Positions 22,723 to 34,770 of a DNA stretch of 64,000 nucleotides are shown piece after piece (the first letter of the stretch is position 1; every line of letters begins with the position of its first letter). A program made the position numbers and the translations under genes. The notes below the pieces were generated by a model. The model worked only from the letters and a program-made list of their open reading frames with translations, searched no databases and was not told the origin of the DNA. Source of the DNA: Piedraia hortae CBS 480.64. Lineage: Eukaryota. The stretch lies in NCBI GenBank assembly GCA_010093745.1, contig MU005964.1:186001-250000 (forward strand), read 5' to 3'.

Positions 22723-23782
22723 TTATCGGACACGAGCTAGACCTCCAGTCTTGTGACGTTTGGCATCTCCTGCCGTGGTGTAACCGCCTTCGTCATCGAT
22801 GAAGCCGTCGGCATAGCCGCTGTAGGATGACTCGTCGTATCGACGTTTCTTGTTCACGCGGTTCGGACGCGCAATGGGCCCACGTGGAGAGACGGGGGCA
22901 GAGGCGCGCTGCTTTACACAGGTGAAGGGTTTGATGGTGAGGTGACGCTCGGGTCCTAGTTGATCTGCCCAGTGCTTGTGTTCTTTAGCTGGCAGCTGGC
23001 CCTTGACCATTCCGCCCAGAGCGCTTCCCAGCTTGTCCAGCAGCGCCGACGAGCCCTCCAGGTCCATCGAGGGATACTGGCTAAGCTTCTGCTCCTGCCA
23101 CAGGGTCTTGTCACCCGAGGGAGCTGTGTCCCATGCAGGATCGATCAGACCGACAAGTTCCCATGCCTCCTTCTTCGGTTCAAACTTGCCTGAAATGTCT
23201 AGATCCTTCACCTTGCCCGCATATGTCTTGCGCAAACGATTGATCTTGTTACCATCGGCATCAAAGCGCGCGACGGACGCTTGGATGCTGCGTAGGCCGT
23301 AAAGCTCCAACACGTCCTGCTGCGGCAGACAATGGAACGACGACAGGGTGGGAGCTACATATTAGTCTGCTTAGCATGGAGCTGCCTCTCAGGGCAGCTT
23401 ACTTACGTTCAGGACGCAGCCTATACAGCCGCGGCACGTCAGACTTACTATCGTCGTCGTCGTCGCCGTCTCCATGCGGCTGCACGAGCGTCGCATCAGT
23501 CATCGTCACATCTCCGTTGTTCACATTGCTATGGACCGAGCCATTAAGCTGGCCGGCAAAACCAGATGTACTGGGCGGCGTAGGAAAGCTTGCGCTGTTC
23601 TCATTGTGCGCCTGCCATGACATGTATACGCTTTGAGACGGGCTCTGGTGCTTTGTCTCTGGCGACGACTGCGGCGTGAACGTGTGCAGACGCTGACGCT
23701 TCGCCAACGGCCCCTCGTCGCGTTCTGCGTCGTCGCGCAAACAGCGCTTAGCCGTCGTCACGCTGGCGGCCGGAGCGTTCAT
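22723..23782 (-). CDS. MED19: Mediator complex subunit 19 (Rox3)
   Basis: TPQS and FPTPPS motifs. Intron 23406-23355 (GTAAGT...TAG). LELYGL...G.KINRLRKTYAG and KKRRYDESSY.GY.DG. Start codon uncertain. Confidence 0.8.
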
Positions 23783-24136
23783 GTGCAGCCTTTTTTCGGT
23801 GTGACGTGCGCCGTGCGTGACTCCTCTGGCGGTGCGGAGGGCCGAAATGTACTCTACAGCGATCGGGAATCTGGGAATTGGGCCTTCTAATGGGTGTTTC
23901 TGCACGTTTGCCGCTGTGGTGGGGGTGGTTGACTGCGGTGGTTGTGGTTGAAACGGTGTGGGCTGGGGGAGTGCGGAAAGCAAAGTGCGGGTCAAAGGGA
24001 TTCGGCTGCGCTAGTGGAAGCAAACTGTATTGGGGCTAGCGTATTGTCCAAATCTGGAATCTTCTCCACCTCCACACTTGAACTTCACTTGCGAGTCACA
24101 ACTTGTGACTTCAAGGCAAACAGAACCATTGTGACA

Positions 24137-25021
24137 ATGGCAGTGCAACCCGTAGTGCAGCCAAAGCCTCAGGCATTGGCCCGGCCAGCTCTTGCTAACA
24201 TCATCGTATCTCCTCGTCAAAAGGGAAATCCCGTACTGAACAATATAAAATCCGTGGCTTGGGAGTATGGTGAGACCCCCGCCGATTACGTCCTGGGCGT
24301 TACTACGTGTGCGCTATTCCTGTCTCTCAAGTATCATAGGCTGCATCCGGAGTATATTTATACTCGAATTCGAGGTCTGCAAGGCAAATATGCCCTGCGC
24401 ATCATCCTAGTTATGGTTGACATTGACAACCATGAGGCCAGCCTCAAAGAGCTGAGCAAGACAAGTCTCATCAACAATGTCACATTAATACTCTGCTGGT
24501 CGGCAGCCGAAGGCGGCCGCTACCTGGAGCAGTTTAAGGCGTTTGAAAACTCGCATCCCACGGGCATACAGCAGCACCAGAGCGATGCATATCCCGACCG
24601 TATGGTCGATTTTGTCACCACCCCACGCAGCATCAATAAAACCGATGCCGTAACTCTGATGGCCGTCTTCGGCAGCGTCCGTACCGCAGTCAACGCTAGA
24701 AGCGAAGAGGTCTCAGAGATTACCGGCTGGGGCAACAAAAAGGTTCAGCAATGGTGTAATGCAGTGCGCGAGCCTTTCCGGATGAGACATGCTGCCACTC
24801 GCAAAAATCTTGCCCCGGCTGCAGGTGGCAGCGTTGCAGCTACACAGCCGGTGAACAATGTCGGCATGGGACCTACACAGAGGCCTGTTGTTCCTGTCAT
24901 AAAACCTTCAGAAAAGGATAAGCCAGAGGTTGCCCCTCAACCACCAAAGAGAAAACTTGATGAGACTGATGATATAAACGAAGGCGTTTTGGCTGCTCTG
25001 TCCAAGTTGAGAGAGCAATGA
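24137..25021 (+). CDS. RAD10: ERCC1/Rad10/Swi10 nucleotide-excision repair endonuclease subunit
   Basis: IIVSPRQKGNP, ALFLSLKYHRLHPEYI and a C-terminal HhH (INKTDA...GWGNKK). Confidence 0.95.
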   Translation: MAVQPVVQPKPQALARPALANIIVSPRQKGNPVLNNIKSVAWEYGETPADYVLGVTTCALFLSLKYHRLHPEYIYTRIRGLQGKYALRIILVMVDIDNHEASLKELSKTSLINNVTLILCWSAAEGGRYLEQFKAFENSHPTGIQQHQSDAYPDRMVDFVTTPRSINKTDAVTLMAVFGSVRTAVNARSEEVSEITGWGNKKVQQWCNAVREPFRMRHAATRKNLAPAAGGSVAATQPVNNVGMGPTQRPVVPVIKPSEKDKPEVAPQPPKRKLDETDDINEGVLAALSKLREQ

Positions 25022-25284
25022 GTAGGCCCTGAGCGGCCGGTAATTGTAGTGTACTTTTATGCATAACCGTCTATGTACGATATGATGCGTAATGATCAAG
25101 ACATTTTGAGCTCGGCGAACCATCTGATTGCCGCATTTCGTCAGATAGACCCAATCTCATCTAGGCAAAGTGCGAATCTGCCAAGCAATCCATGGCGGGG
25201 GCGGGCGGATATCGCAGCGGATCTTCCCGTTGAAACTTTTGGGGAAAAAAAAAAATTACGAACCTTTAAGATCTTCAGAACAAG

Positions 25285-27402
25285 ATGGCCGGGCTCAAGC
25301 GCAAAGCGACAACTGCAAAAAGCGAAGCTATTGACAACGAATACGAAATTGCGTCAGATTTGCAGCTCGACTTATCCAGCGATGGAGAGTCTCACGGCGA
25401 GTCGCAAGCGGACTCTTGGGACGGCATTGAATCCGACTCGGACGAGTATACCATAACTGAAGACGCGAACGGCAACGTACGCTACATCTACCCTGAGATC
25501 GACCCTGTCTACGACTCGGACGACACAGATGCCGCCGAAGGGGAGAATACAGTAGGCAACATTCCCCTCTCATACTACGATGCGTATCCGCATATAGGGT
25601 ACGATATCAACGGGAAGCGGATCGCAAGGCCGGCGAAAGGCGAAGCGCTAGATTCTCTGCTGGACAGCATTGACCTGCCAGAGGGATGGACGGGATTAAC
25701 AGACCCAGCAACGGGAAAGCCATTACGATTAAGCAACCAAGAGCTGGATATGCTGAAGCAGCTAACGAAGAACGAGATTGTCAATGGAGAGGGCTTCGAC
25801 CCCTATCCCGACTACGTAGACTGGTTCACTCATAAGGAGGAAATCATGCCCCTATCAGCAGCACCGGAGCCAAAGCGCCGCTTCGTACCCTCTATGCACG
25901 AGCACAAGCGAGTAATGAAGATGGTAAAAGCCATCAAGGAAGGTCGCATCAAGCCATGGCGAGAAATCACCGACGAGGAGCGGGAAAAAGCCGAAGAAGA
26001 GGAAGATATCAAACGCTACGATGTCTGGGCTGATGAAAAACCCGTACCCGATCACGTTATGAACATCCCAGCACCCAAACTCCCCCCTCCAGGCTTCGCC
26101 GAAAGCTACCGCCCCCCCCGGGAATATCTCCCCGACGAAAACGAAAAGAAAGCCTGGCAAACGGCCGATCCCGAGGAGCGAGAACGAGACTTCCTCCCCC
26201 AAGAATTCTCCTCCGTCCGCCTTGTCCCCGGCTACGAAAAATTCGTCGAAGAAAGACTAAACCGTTGTCTAGACCTCTACCTTGCACCCCGCGTGCGGAG
26301 AAGTAAATTGAACATCGACCCGGAGGACCTCCTCCCCCAACTTCCCGACCCTGAAAGCCTGAAGCCCTTCCCCAGCACATGCACGACAACCTGCCGCGGG
26401 CACAAAGGCCGCGTGCGCAGCGTCAGTTTCGACCCTAGCGGGACGTACATGGCGAGTGGTGGGGACGATGGCACGGTCAGGATTTGGGAGCCGCTGACGG
26501 GTCGTCAGCTCTGGCATACGGAGTTTTCTGAAGCAGTCAACTGCGTAGCTTGGAGACCGGGCGAAGCATGCCTAATCCTAGCGGCTTGTAGTGGGGATGA
26601 AGTGCACTTTATAATTCCCACCGCGCTGTGCACGCCTGCGATGGAGGCGGCGGGGAAGGAGATTTTATCCACGGGGTTCAACTCCGAGAAGTCTACGAAT
26701 GAGAAAGCGAAATGGATACTCTCCAAACAAAAGGATAGAATATCCCTCTCTTTAGGCCGCACGGTGAAGGTGTTGAACTTCCACCGAAAGGGCGATTACT
26801 TCACGACCGTGAGTCCCTCATCTTCGGCACCTACCTCTTCCGTCGCGATACATATTTTATCCCAACATACGACCTCCTGGCCGTTTAAGAAGGTCAAGGG
26901 GCTTCCGCAGACGGCGACGTTCCATCCTACGAAACCGCACTTTGTGCTCGTTACGCAGCGGATTGTCAAGATCTATGATCTTGCGCGTCAGGAGCTCGTT
27001 ACGACGCTACATCCTGGTGCGAGGTGGGTTTCGTCGGTTTCGATGCACCCCGCGGGGACGAATTTGGTGTTGGCGACGTATGATAGGAAGTTGTTGTGGC
27101 ATGATCTTCAGCTGGGGAACAAGCCTTATAAGACGCTGAGGTTTCATGAGAGTGCGATTCGGGTGGCGAGGTTTCATGACAAGCTCCCGCTTTTTGCGGA
27201 TGCGAGTGACGATGGGACTTGTCAGGTTTTTCATGGGGGAGTGGTTAGGGATGGGTTGGAGAATGCTACTATTGTGCCGTTGAAGGTTCTGAGGGGGCAT
27301 AGGGTCATGGGACAGCTGGGTGTTCTGGACCTGAACTGGCATCCGAGAGAGGCTTGGCTTGTTTCTGCGGGTAGCGATGGCACGGTCAGGGTTTGGACTT
27401 GA
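25285..27402 (+). CDS. ERB1: Ribosome biogenesis protein Erb1/BOP1 (WD40)
   Basis: NTVGNIP...[30 protein letters not shown] and C-terminal WD repeats. Confidence 0.96.
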   Translation: MAGLKRKATTAKSEAIDNEYEIASDLQLDLSSDGESHGESQADSWDGIESDSDEYTITEDANGNVRYIYPEIDPVYDSDDTDAAEGENTVGNIPLSYYDAYPHIGYDINGKRIARPAKGEALDSLLDSIDLPEGWTGLTDPATGKPLRLSNQELDMLKQLTKNEIVNGEGFDPYPDYVDWFTHKEEIMPLSAAPEPKRRFVPSMHEHKRVMKMVKAIKEGRIKPWREITDEEREKAEEEEDIKRYDVWADEKPVPDHVMNIPAPKLPPPGFAESYRPPREYLPDENEKKAWQTADPEERERDFLPQEFSSVRLVPGYEKFVEERLNRCLDLYLAPRVRRSKLNIDPEDLLPQLPDPESLKPFPSTCTTTCRGHKGRVRSVSFDPSGTYMASGGDDGTVRIWEPLTGRQLWHTEFSEAVNCVAWRPGEACLILAACSGDEVHFIIPTALCTPAMEAAGKEILSTGFNSEKSTNEKAKWILSKQKDRISLSLGRTVKVLNFHRKGDYFTTVSPSSSAPTSSVAIHILSQHTTSWPFKKVKGLPQTATFHPTKPHFVLVTQRIVKIYDLARQELVTTLHPGARWVSSVSMHPAGTNLVLATYDRKLLWHDLQLGNKPYKTLRFHESAIRVARFHDKLPLFADASDDGTCQVFHGGVVRDGLENATIVPLKVLRGHRVMGQLGVLDLNWHPREAWLVSAGSDGTVRVWT

Positions 27403-27419
27403 TACATAGCGGTCTCTTT

Positions 27420-27971
27420 CTACACGACTTGTCTCACTTTTCCAGTCTCGACTTCGTAAACCCAGCCAGACACTTTTGACTTATCAACGAGGGCTTTGCA
27501 GTTTTTGATCATTTTAACATCCGCTTTGACGCCCTCATCAAGGTCTTTGAATGGTTGAAAGTCGTAGTCGTCTGCAACGGCATCGTTGCCGCATGCTTCG
27601 CAGACGAGTTTACGAGCATCCGGGTTTTCAAACGTCAACATGCCGCACTTGGTGTGCTTGATGAGCATGACCTCTCGAGTGCCGAGCATATTTTGCGAGA
27701 TGATCAGTGACCGCAACGCATCCTGCGCATTTCCGCCGGCGTTGCGAATAACATGTGCGTCGCCCAACTCGATGCCAAATGCAGCCGCAGGATCGAGACG
27801 GGCATCCATGCATGTTACTTGGTCGGAATTAGTATCCTCCTTGGCTTAGCTTGGGGGTCTTCTACCGATAGCGTATTTCTTCGCCGGAGCCCCAGCGAGT
27901 GAGCCTTGGCTGAATGAGGAGGCATATTTTTCGTTGCGTGTTTGCACATTCTTCACGTTTTCAGACGCCAT
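27420..27971 (-). CDS. Beta-class carbonic anhydrase (clade D-like)
   Basis: Intron 27865-27818 (GTAGAA...AAG) gives VTCMDARLD. RNAGG and HTKCG zinc-ligand motifs. Confidence 0.92.
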
Positions 27972-28234
27972 TTTCTCTCCAGTCAAGGGTGATGCGGGGG
28001 GTTCAAATACCCTATCTGTGGGGCTGCTTACACCTGTCAGCCTCATGGCTCCATGCGGGAAGCTAAAATAAGTCTGACATGCTCAGACTTGCCTTTGTAA
28101 TTCATCAAGCCTTCTCCGCTTCAACCACCTATGCATGGGGCTGAGCCGAGGGACTCCTTCAAAAGTATCTGAAGGATGACTGGATGCCATCCCATAATCA
28201 TTGCGTAAAGGAGAAGAACAAGAAAAGACTTACT

Positions 28235-29844
28235 TCAAATCGATTGGGTACCTTTCACTTTTCCCTCCATCTTTGCCGTTCGCGCCCCAAACTGTATCTG
28301 GTCGAATATCAGTATCGAACCCAACCATCTGTTTGAGAAACTCACCGCCCTCTTCTTCTCCGAAGCCACTTTTCTCATACCCAGCTTCCACGCGAGACAT
28401 CGCAGAACCTTCTTATCCGGTGTCAGCATTCCACAGGATTCTTGCTCCCCAAAGCCACATTTATGTGCAACCGGCTCCTTCAGTGACCAAGAAACGAGCT
28501 CCTCGTCCAGAAAGGGGAACCTCACTTCCTTCCCCCAGTGGCTCAGAACGCGATCGTCCCTCCCCAAGTTGCGTTTCCCCAAGCGGGAAAAGTCCAATTC
28601 GAGCTCATCTAGCAAACCTACCGTGCCGTGATACCTGTACGCCGTGGCGTGGCGCTGATAACCCCCAAAGAGCTCATCTGCGCCTAGACCTGAAAGAAGA
28701 ACACGTGCAGGCGTGGAATACTGCTTGCCATCTTCAACATTGCCGATACCACGAGAAGCAAAATAAAGGGCGCAAGCAATGGATAAGTCCATCTCAGTGT
28801 TGTGTGGTCGCATTAGTTGAATGATAGTGGGCCGATGCTGTAATGTCTCAGAGTAAGGAACGTCTATAGCGACAAAGTTCCACTTTCGACCAAGACAGAC
28901 TTGTTTTAATTCTTCAAGCGAGGCTTGACCGGTAATGCGATCTGGACAGGTTTCGTACCTGGACTTGACGTAAGGATTCTCGAAGGCAACGTTTAGGAGG
29001 TCAATTGGCTCATTCGAAAGGACAAGATCGTGGCATATTCGTGCAATGAGGGTGCAGTCCAACCCACCAGAGAATAAGATGGCCAACCGAGGAGCCACAG
29101 ACGGAGTCGCTACTCGTGGTTGTAGCGAACTGCGTAAGATCTCTTCTAGACAGATAACAGGCGCCGAGTTGGGAGACAGCTGGAAAGAACCAGAAGAAAG
29201 AGACTTGTTGAGAGAGACCTACCGTTCATGAGCCCTTAAACTCATGGTATTGTGGCGAGACCTACTGGATGGTGTTGATAAGGGATCCTGTGTGGTTCAA
29301 GAGATGCATCTCCCAATGATAGGCAGTAGATCCCATCAGCATCGACCTCTTTCCAGTCTGGAAGCATAGGATCAGAAATACTGCACAATGCAGCCCCTCC
29401 CTCAGATGTACGACTGATCATCAACGATCTTCGTCCGAGAGGGTCCCTGCCAAAATACAGCAGATTGTTGACCCCTTCATGGTAAATGAATGCATACGGC
29501 CCAGAGATGCTGGCCATAAGAGCTGCAAAGTGAGTCGGAGACTCTACCTGTTTTAGCAAGTTGAAGACGACCTCAGTGTCATTCTCCCGAACAAGCGAGT
29601 TATCAATACTCCAAGCTTCTCCATTCCAACATAATGTTCTTTGGTCGTTACGTAGCGGTTGTGACACGGTTTCGTTCCCTCGAAGGGACAAAACCGTCGA
29701 AACAAGCGTGAGATGGCTGTTGTTATTGAGGGCAACGTGTCGAGTGGATTGGTAGTCTGGTCCACGATTCTGTAAAAGTTGGAGACATTGACTAGAGGGC
29801 CACAAGGGCTGATGATTGCAAACAGCGCAGAATATGCCGCACAT
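28235..29844 (-). CDS. Asparagine synthetase domain-containing protein (ASNSD1/YML096W-like)
   Basis: MCGIF Ntn start, WNGE, RDPLGRRSL, LFSGGLD, SGLGADELFGGY and KKRA|IQFGAR. Introns 29265-29219 and 28345-28298. Confidence 0.9.
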
Positions 29845-29969
29845 TAAACGCGGTGTGCAACCCTAAGTTGCGTGCTGTGATGGTGCGGAATTCTCCGGCA
29901 GGTGCACGTCACGTTTAACCTCACGTCAACCACAGTCCACGGCACTTCAAGGAAGCACCTTCTTCGAAC
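29845..29969. promoter_or_regulatory. Candidate 125-bp bidirectional promoter with telobox-like and ACGTCA motifs
   Basis: Lies between divergent ATGs. AACCCTAA at 29859-29866; ACGTCA at 29906 and 29923. Confidence 0.5.
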
Positions 29970-30353
29970 ATGTCCAACGCAACGTCGACTCCCGCAAACG
30001 CGGCGACTGAAAAGCAAAAGGATAATAAACCTAAGCCGACGCTGGAGGAGGATGATGAATTCGAAGACTTTCCGGTAGAAGGTAGCAGAATGCGACGATT
30101 CCTTTTGCTAAAAGTGAACTAACAGCAGCAGATTGGCCCGACGATCAGGATGCTATTCCCAGCTCGCAGGCATCTACGGCAGGAGAAAACGAAACTAAGA
30201 CGAAGCCAACGACTCACCTGTGGGAGGAAAGCTGGGATGACGATGACGCTACCGAGGACTTTGGCGTGCAGCTCAAGTAAGTCTTATGAACATTTAAAGC
30301 TCCCTACTAACGACCACAGGGAGGAATTGAAGCACATGGGCAAGCGAGGGTAG
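29970..30353 (+). CDS. SEM1: 26S proteasome lid subunit Sem1/DSS1
   Basis: LEEDDEFEDFPVE|DW...HLWEESWDDDD..EDFGVQLK|EEL. Introns 30082-30131 and 30277-30319. Confidence 0.95.
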
Positions 30354-30355
30354 CT

Positions 30356-31649
30356 TTATTTGCTAGACAAAGCCGTCACGCCGGGCAACTCTTTTCCTTC
30401 CAAGAGCTCCAGGCTCGCGCCGCCACCTGTCGAGACGTGGCTCAGTTTGTCCTCGACACCGTATTTGGCAGCCACGGTGGCAGTATCTCCACCACCGATG
30501 ATGACGATCTTGCCCTTTTGCGCCGCCTCCACAACTGCGTCCATGGTGGCTTTCGTTCCCTTGGCAAATGCATCCATCTCGAAAACACCTGGCGGGCCGT
30601 TCCATAGGATAGTCTTGGCCTTGTCAATAGCTTCCTTGTACAGCTTGATGCTCTTTTCACCGCAATCGAGACCCATCCAGCCGTCGGGTATGCCGTCCTT
30701 GTCCTCGGCGTAGCCAGTCTTGGCATCGGCAGCAAACTTGTCGGCCGTGATGTAGTCACAGGGAAGCGTGACCTCGACGTTGTTCTTCTTGGCCTTTTCC
30801 ATCAAGCTCGCTACTTTCTTGCTGCCATCCTCGTCAAAGAGTGAGTTGCCAATCTTGACATTCTCCAACGTCTTCTTGAACGTGAAGGCCATTCCACCGC
30901 AGATGACGAGAGAATTGACCTTGTCCAGCAGATTCTCAATCAGCTGAATCTTGTCGCTAACCTTGGCACCTCCGAGGATGGCTAGGAACGGACGCTGGGG
31001 TTTCTCCAAGGCCTGGGCGAAGTAGTCCAGTTCCTTCTTCATCAAGAAGCCACTGGCCTTTTGTGGGAGGTCAATACCGACCATCGAACTGTGACCACGA
31101 TGAGCGGTGCCAAAGGCATCGTTGATATAAACGTCTCCCAGCTTGGTCAGGTTCTGTCGGAATTCCTTGACCTTGGCCGGGTCCGCCTTGACCTTATTTC
31201 CACTGGCGTCTTTGCTGGAGCCTTCCTCTTCGGGATGGAATCGCAAGTTCTCTAGAAGAACAACACCGCCACCTTGGACAGCTTTCTCGGCTTCGGGACC
31301 CACGCAATCGTTGCAAAAGGTCACATCACGTCCGAGCAGCTTCTTCAGCTCTTCGGCAACTGGCTTGAGGCTGTACTTTGGGTTGGGCTTGCCATCAGGG
31401 CGACCGAGGTGGGACATTAGCACCACGGCCTTGGCGCCATGATCAATGGCATATTTGATGGTCGGCAAGGCCCCTACAATACGCTGGTTGTTGGTGATCT
31501 TGGAGTTGGTCTCCTTGTCTAGCGGGACATTGAAGTCCACCTTACTCATCAGCATAAGTCAAACGTCAAATACTCCACCGTACCCTGATCAGGACACGCT
31601 TGTCCTTGAGGTCCACGTCCTCGATTGACAGCTTGTTCGAGAGAGACAT
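30356..31649 (-). CDS. PGK1: Phosphoglycerate kinase
   Basis: MSLSNKLSI...RVLIR|VDFNVPL (intron 31583-31541), [16 protein letters not shown] and [16 protein letters not shown]. Confidence 0.98.
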
Positions 31650-31764
31650 GATGAAGTGACTGAAAAACGGAAGGAAACGGCTTCGTATGCCCCGCCATAC
31701 CCCTCTATCCCTCGGTGAAAGCACGTGATGTTGATACGATGATAGGACAGTTTTATATAGGAAG

Positions 31765-32710
31765 CTAAGGTGACGTAAGTAATTCGTCTTCAGCTGAATT
31801 GGTGAGAGATAGATAAGCAGTCCAGGCGATTCCGACGGTTGAAACAAAGGGCTGTTGATGTTAATAGACCATGACTGCAAGGGAAAAGTTACTCACGATC
31901 TGGAACTGGATGGGCATGACGCGGAAGTTGAGCATCTGAACCATGGGCCAGAGGATGTAGTTGGCCTTGAGTGCAGGTATATAAACATCCTGGAACTTTC
32001 TCACCACCGCCCGCTTGCCACCGCCCTCAGCCACCGTCATAAATGCGAAGAATGCCGCCAACCCGCAGGGCGCAAAGATGAGCTGATCAAAGGCCACGCG
32101 CCGCATGGCATTGGTGGTTGCCTTGCCGCCGCTAAGAGGAAAGGTCTTCTCCAGGAAGCTGAACCAACGGTGCTGAAGCGGCGCCATGATGAATCCATAA
32201 GCCATGAAGCGCACCAGGCGCTCAAAATCAAAGGGCGGCGGTGCCAGCTTGCCTCGAGAGCTGTCCGGCCACGGAACTTTGCGGTCCAGCTCCTGTATCT
32301 CCACGGAGAAGAAGTCGTCCTTTGGGTTGAAGGCTTCCGGATCCGAATTTCGTTGGCGTTGGCGCTGGCGCTGACGTCGTTTGAAGGCTGTCAGCGTCTG
32401 TGCGACAGTGTCTGCAATGCCACCAAGCACCTAATGGTTAGCCGGGGCGAAAACGACCGCATGATCAACTTACCGCATTGGTGACCATGGTCGTAAAGAC
32501 CGGTCGGGCGGCGTACGAGGCATTGAACCGTCGCATAAGAAAGCCGACCATTATGATCTGAACGAAGGCGACAATGGCGTGGAGGAGAGGCTGTTCGAGG
32601 AAACTCAGCACGGGCCCTTGGAAGAATGGACAAAAACCTACATATCGCCCATAGACGTAGCGACTGTTTAGTTGGGACAGCATGTGTCGAGGGCTGTCAC
32701 CGTTGAACAT
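31765..32710 (-). CDS. Mpv17/PMP22 (Sym1-like) membrane protein
   Basis: TNA|VLGGIADTVAQ, RVAFDQLIFAP, WPMVQMLNF and WTAYLS. Predicted introns 32641-32591, 32473-32431 and 31896-31852. Confidence 0.88.
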
Positions 32711-33159
32711 TGTAATTGCAACTTCAGGGTCTGCCGGATGCGGTCATGCAACACGCACAAGACACGCGAAGTGGGGGTTACACGTTATCGATGCGTAGAC
32801 ACTTGGGTTTCCGAGAAGATGTCTCAAGTTCAGGTTCGGGGGCACAGCCGCCGAGGCTATGGTTTTAAACGCTTGCAACGGGCGCAATGGAACAGGGAAA
32901 TTGGATACAAAAACTATTGTGTCTGTTCTAATGATGGATGACCACACTGATTTCGCTATGTCAAGCTGTGACTGCAATTTGGTTACAGACCGCTGTCAAT
33001 TGAACACCCCCCCTGTCGTTTTGCTGACAAAACTTTGACACGTGCCATATATGACGTAAGGTGAGCGGATCGGACCGCCCCGCTAGTGAAGACTGGGGAA
33101 ACGTCAACTTCAACGCTGACGTCTTCACAGCCGCGTAACGACGAGATAGATTTTAAAAG

Positions 33160-34351
33160 ATGACTCCACCTCCACCCCCGCCTCCACCCCCCCCGCCAAT
33201 GCCTGGAACTGCTGGAGGTATTTGGATTGAACCCATTTCGAGCCTTGCTAAAGGAACAGGTCCTCCGCCTCCACCACCACTACCGGCCATGTCAAAGGGA
33301 CAAGAAAAAGGAAGGGCAAGTGTCCGCAGCAAATTTATGGTCTTGTACTGATGAGTAGTCTGCATTGCTGGGAGATATTCAAAAAGGAAGGAAGCTCAAG
33401 AGTACTGTGACCAACGATCGATCTGCACCGATGGTGGGGTCAGCAAAAGCTGGCAGTGGCCCACCGCCAGGAGGAGCGCCGCCTGTGCCTGGCCTGCAGC
33501 TACCTGTTAAACGGCAACACGCTTCAACAAATCCAGAGAGTACCAGTACACAGGAAAGTGCTGTGGCATCCGCACCACAGTTGGGAGGCATATTCGCCGG
33601 GGGCATGCCCAAACTGCGATCAAAAGCAGGTGGGGTCAACATTTATGAAGATGCGAATGGAGATTCGACCTCCACAAAGGCTCCGCCAGTGCCGGCGCCA
33701 GCCCCTCCATCCAGAACAAAATCATCTGCACCACAGCCGCCGAATGCCGCGGCGCTGGTAGGGAAATTGCGGCCAACGCCGGTCAGTGTGGATTCAGCGC
33801 CAGCCATAAGTAAATCAAAGCCACCCCCACCCATTGGGAAAAAGCCGCCGATAGCTCCACCAAGAAAGCCATCGTCCAACACGCCGTCCGCGCCTCCTAT
33901 TCCACCTTCATCAGGTCCTCCAGCCCCTCCTGGAAGTCGACCGCCGCCTCCGCCGCCTTCATCCCGAACCTCGACTTTACGGCCACCTCCCGCACCGCCA
34001 TCAGTCCCTCCTTCTGCACCGCCAGCAGCTCCTCCCTCTGCACCTCCCTCTGCGCCACCTTCAGCACCACCGTCCGCACCACCCTCAGTGCCCCCATCAG
34101 CTCCTTTGTCTCGTCCGCAGAGCGGTCTTCCGCCATCACCACTGCGAAACGCATCAGCCACATATACGCTCACCAATGGAAGGGCGCGAGGTGAAAGCTT
34201 GGCGGGCAACACATTAGTCATTGTAGATCCACGGTGGAAGTTTCAGCCAGACCATGAATTACCCCAACCGCGGCCTTGTACAGGGGGGCCAAAGCGGTAC
34301 CGGGCCGGCCTCGTGTCCAGCGTTCCGTTGGATTTGAACGCACTGTTTTAG
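33160..34351 (+). CDS. VRP1: Verprolin/WIP-like proline-rich WH2 actin-assembly protein
   Basis: Polyproline N-terminus. Introns 33218-33259 (GT-AG) and 33316-33358 (GC-AG) reconstruct the WH2 GRSALLGDIQKGRKLK. GGMPKLR and C-terminal KRYRAG..SSVPLDL. Confidence 0.9.
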
Positions 34352-34366
34352 CTGTAAAATAGAAAT

Positions 34367-34669
34367 TTAGAGATGAATTCCTTCGTCACCTTCTCCGTTT
34401 ACCGATTCCTTCTCGGTCCACTTGAGACCTCTTTTCTCCACTTCACTCTGCAACAAGTTAAGTCTCTTCTTGAGAGTCTTAATCAACTCTTCGTTTTCCT
34501 TGACCGCCAATCTGCATTCGTCATCGTCTTCTTGTGCGAGTATCTCATTCGACTGGACGAGGTGAAGTAGCGAGTTATCGATTTCGGCGGCTTTGGCAAA
34601 AAGGTTCCCACTTGTTAGTGAGGTAATTGCTTCGCCGAAGGCCTGGAGAGAGATGGGCGCGGTGGACAT
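34367..34669 (-). CDS. Tma17/Adc17-like small coiled-coil protein
   Basis: PIS...F.EAI..L....L..KA.EI.NS..HL..SN...EN...EVEKRG...GIHL pattern recalled for the fungal TMA17 family. Confidence 0.65.
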   Translation of the reverse strand: MSTAPISLQAFGEAITSLTSGNLFAKAAEIDNSLLHLVQSNEILAQEDDDECRLAVKENEELIKTLKKRLNLLQSEVEKRGLKWTEKESVNGEGDEGIHL

Positions 34670-34770
34670 TGTTATTCCGATCTTGACAGAACTCAGTGCG
34701 GTTGTGGCTCGCTCCTAACCCTAAAGTATACCCTAGCGTCATACTCGACCTCAGCGATTGGAATTGAACA

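Noticed and set aside
33990..34105. 12-nt-period repeat resembling an array
   Set aside because: It encodes the PPSA repeats of verprolin. It is not a CRISPR or satellite.
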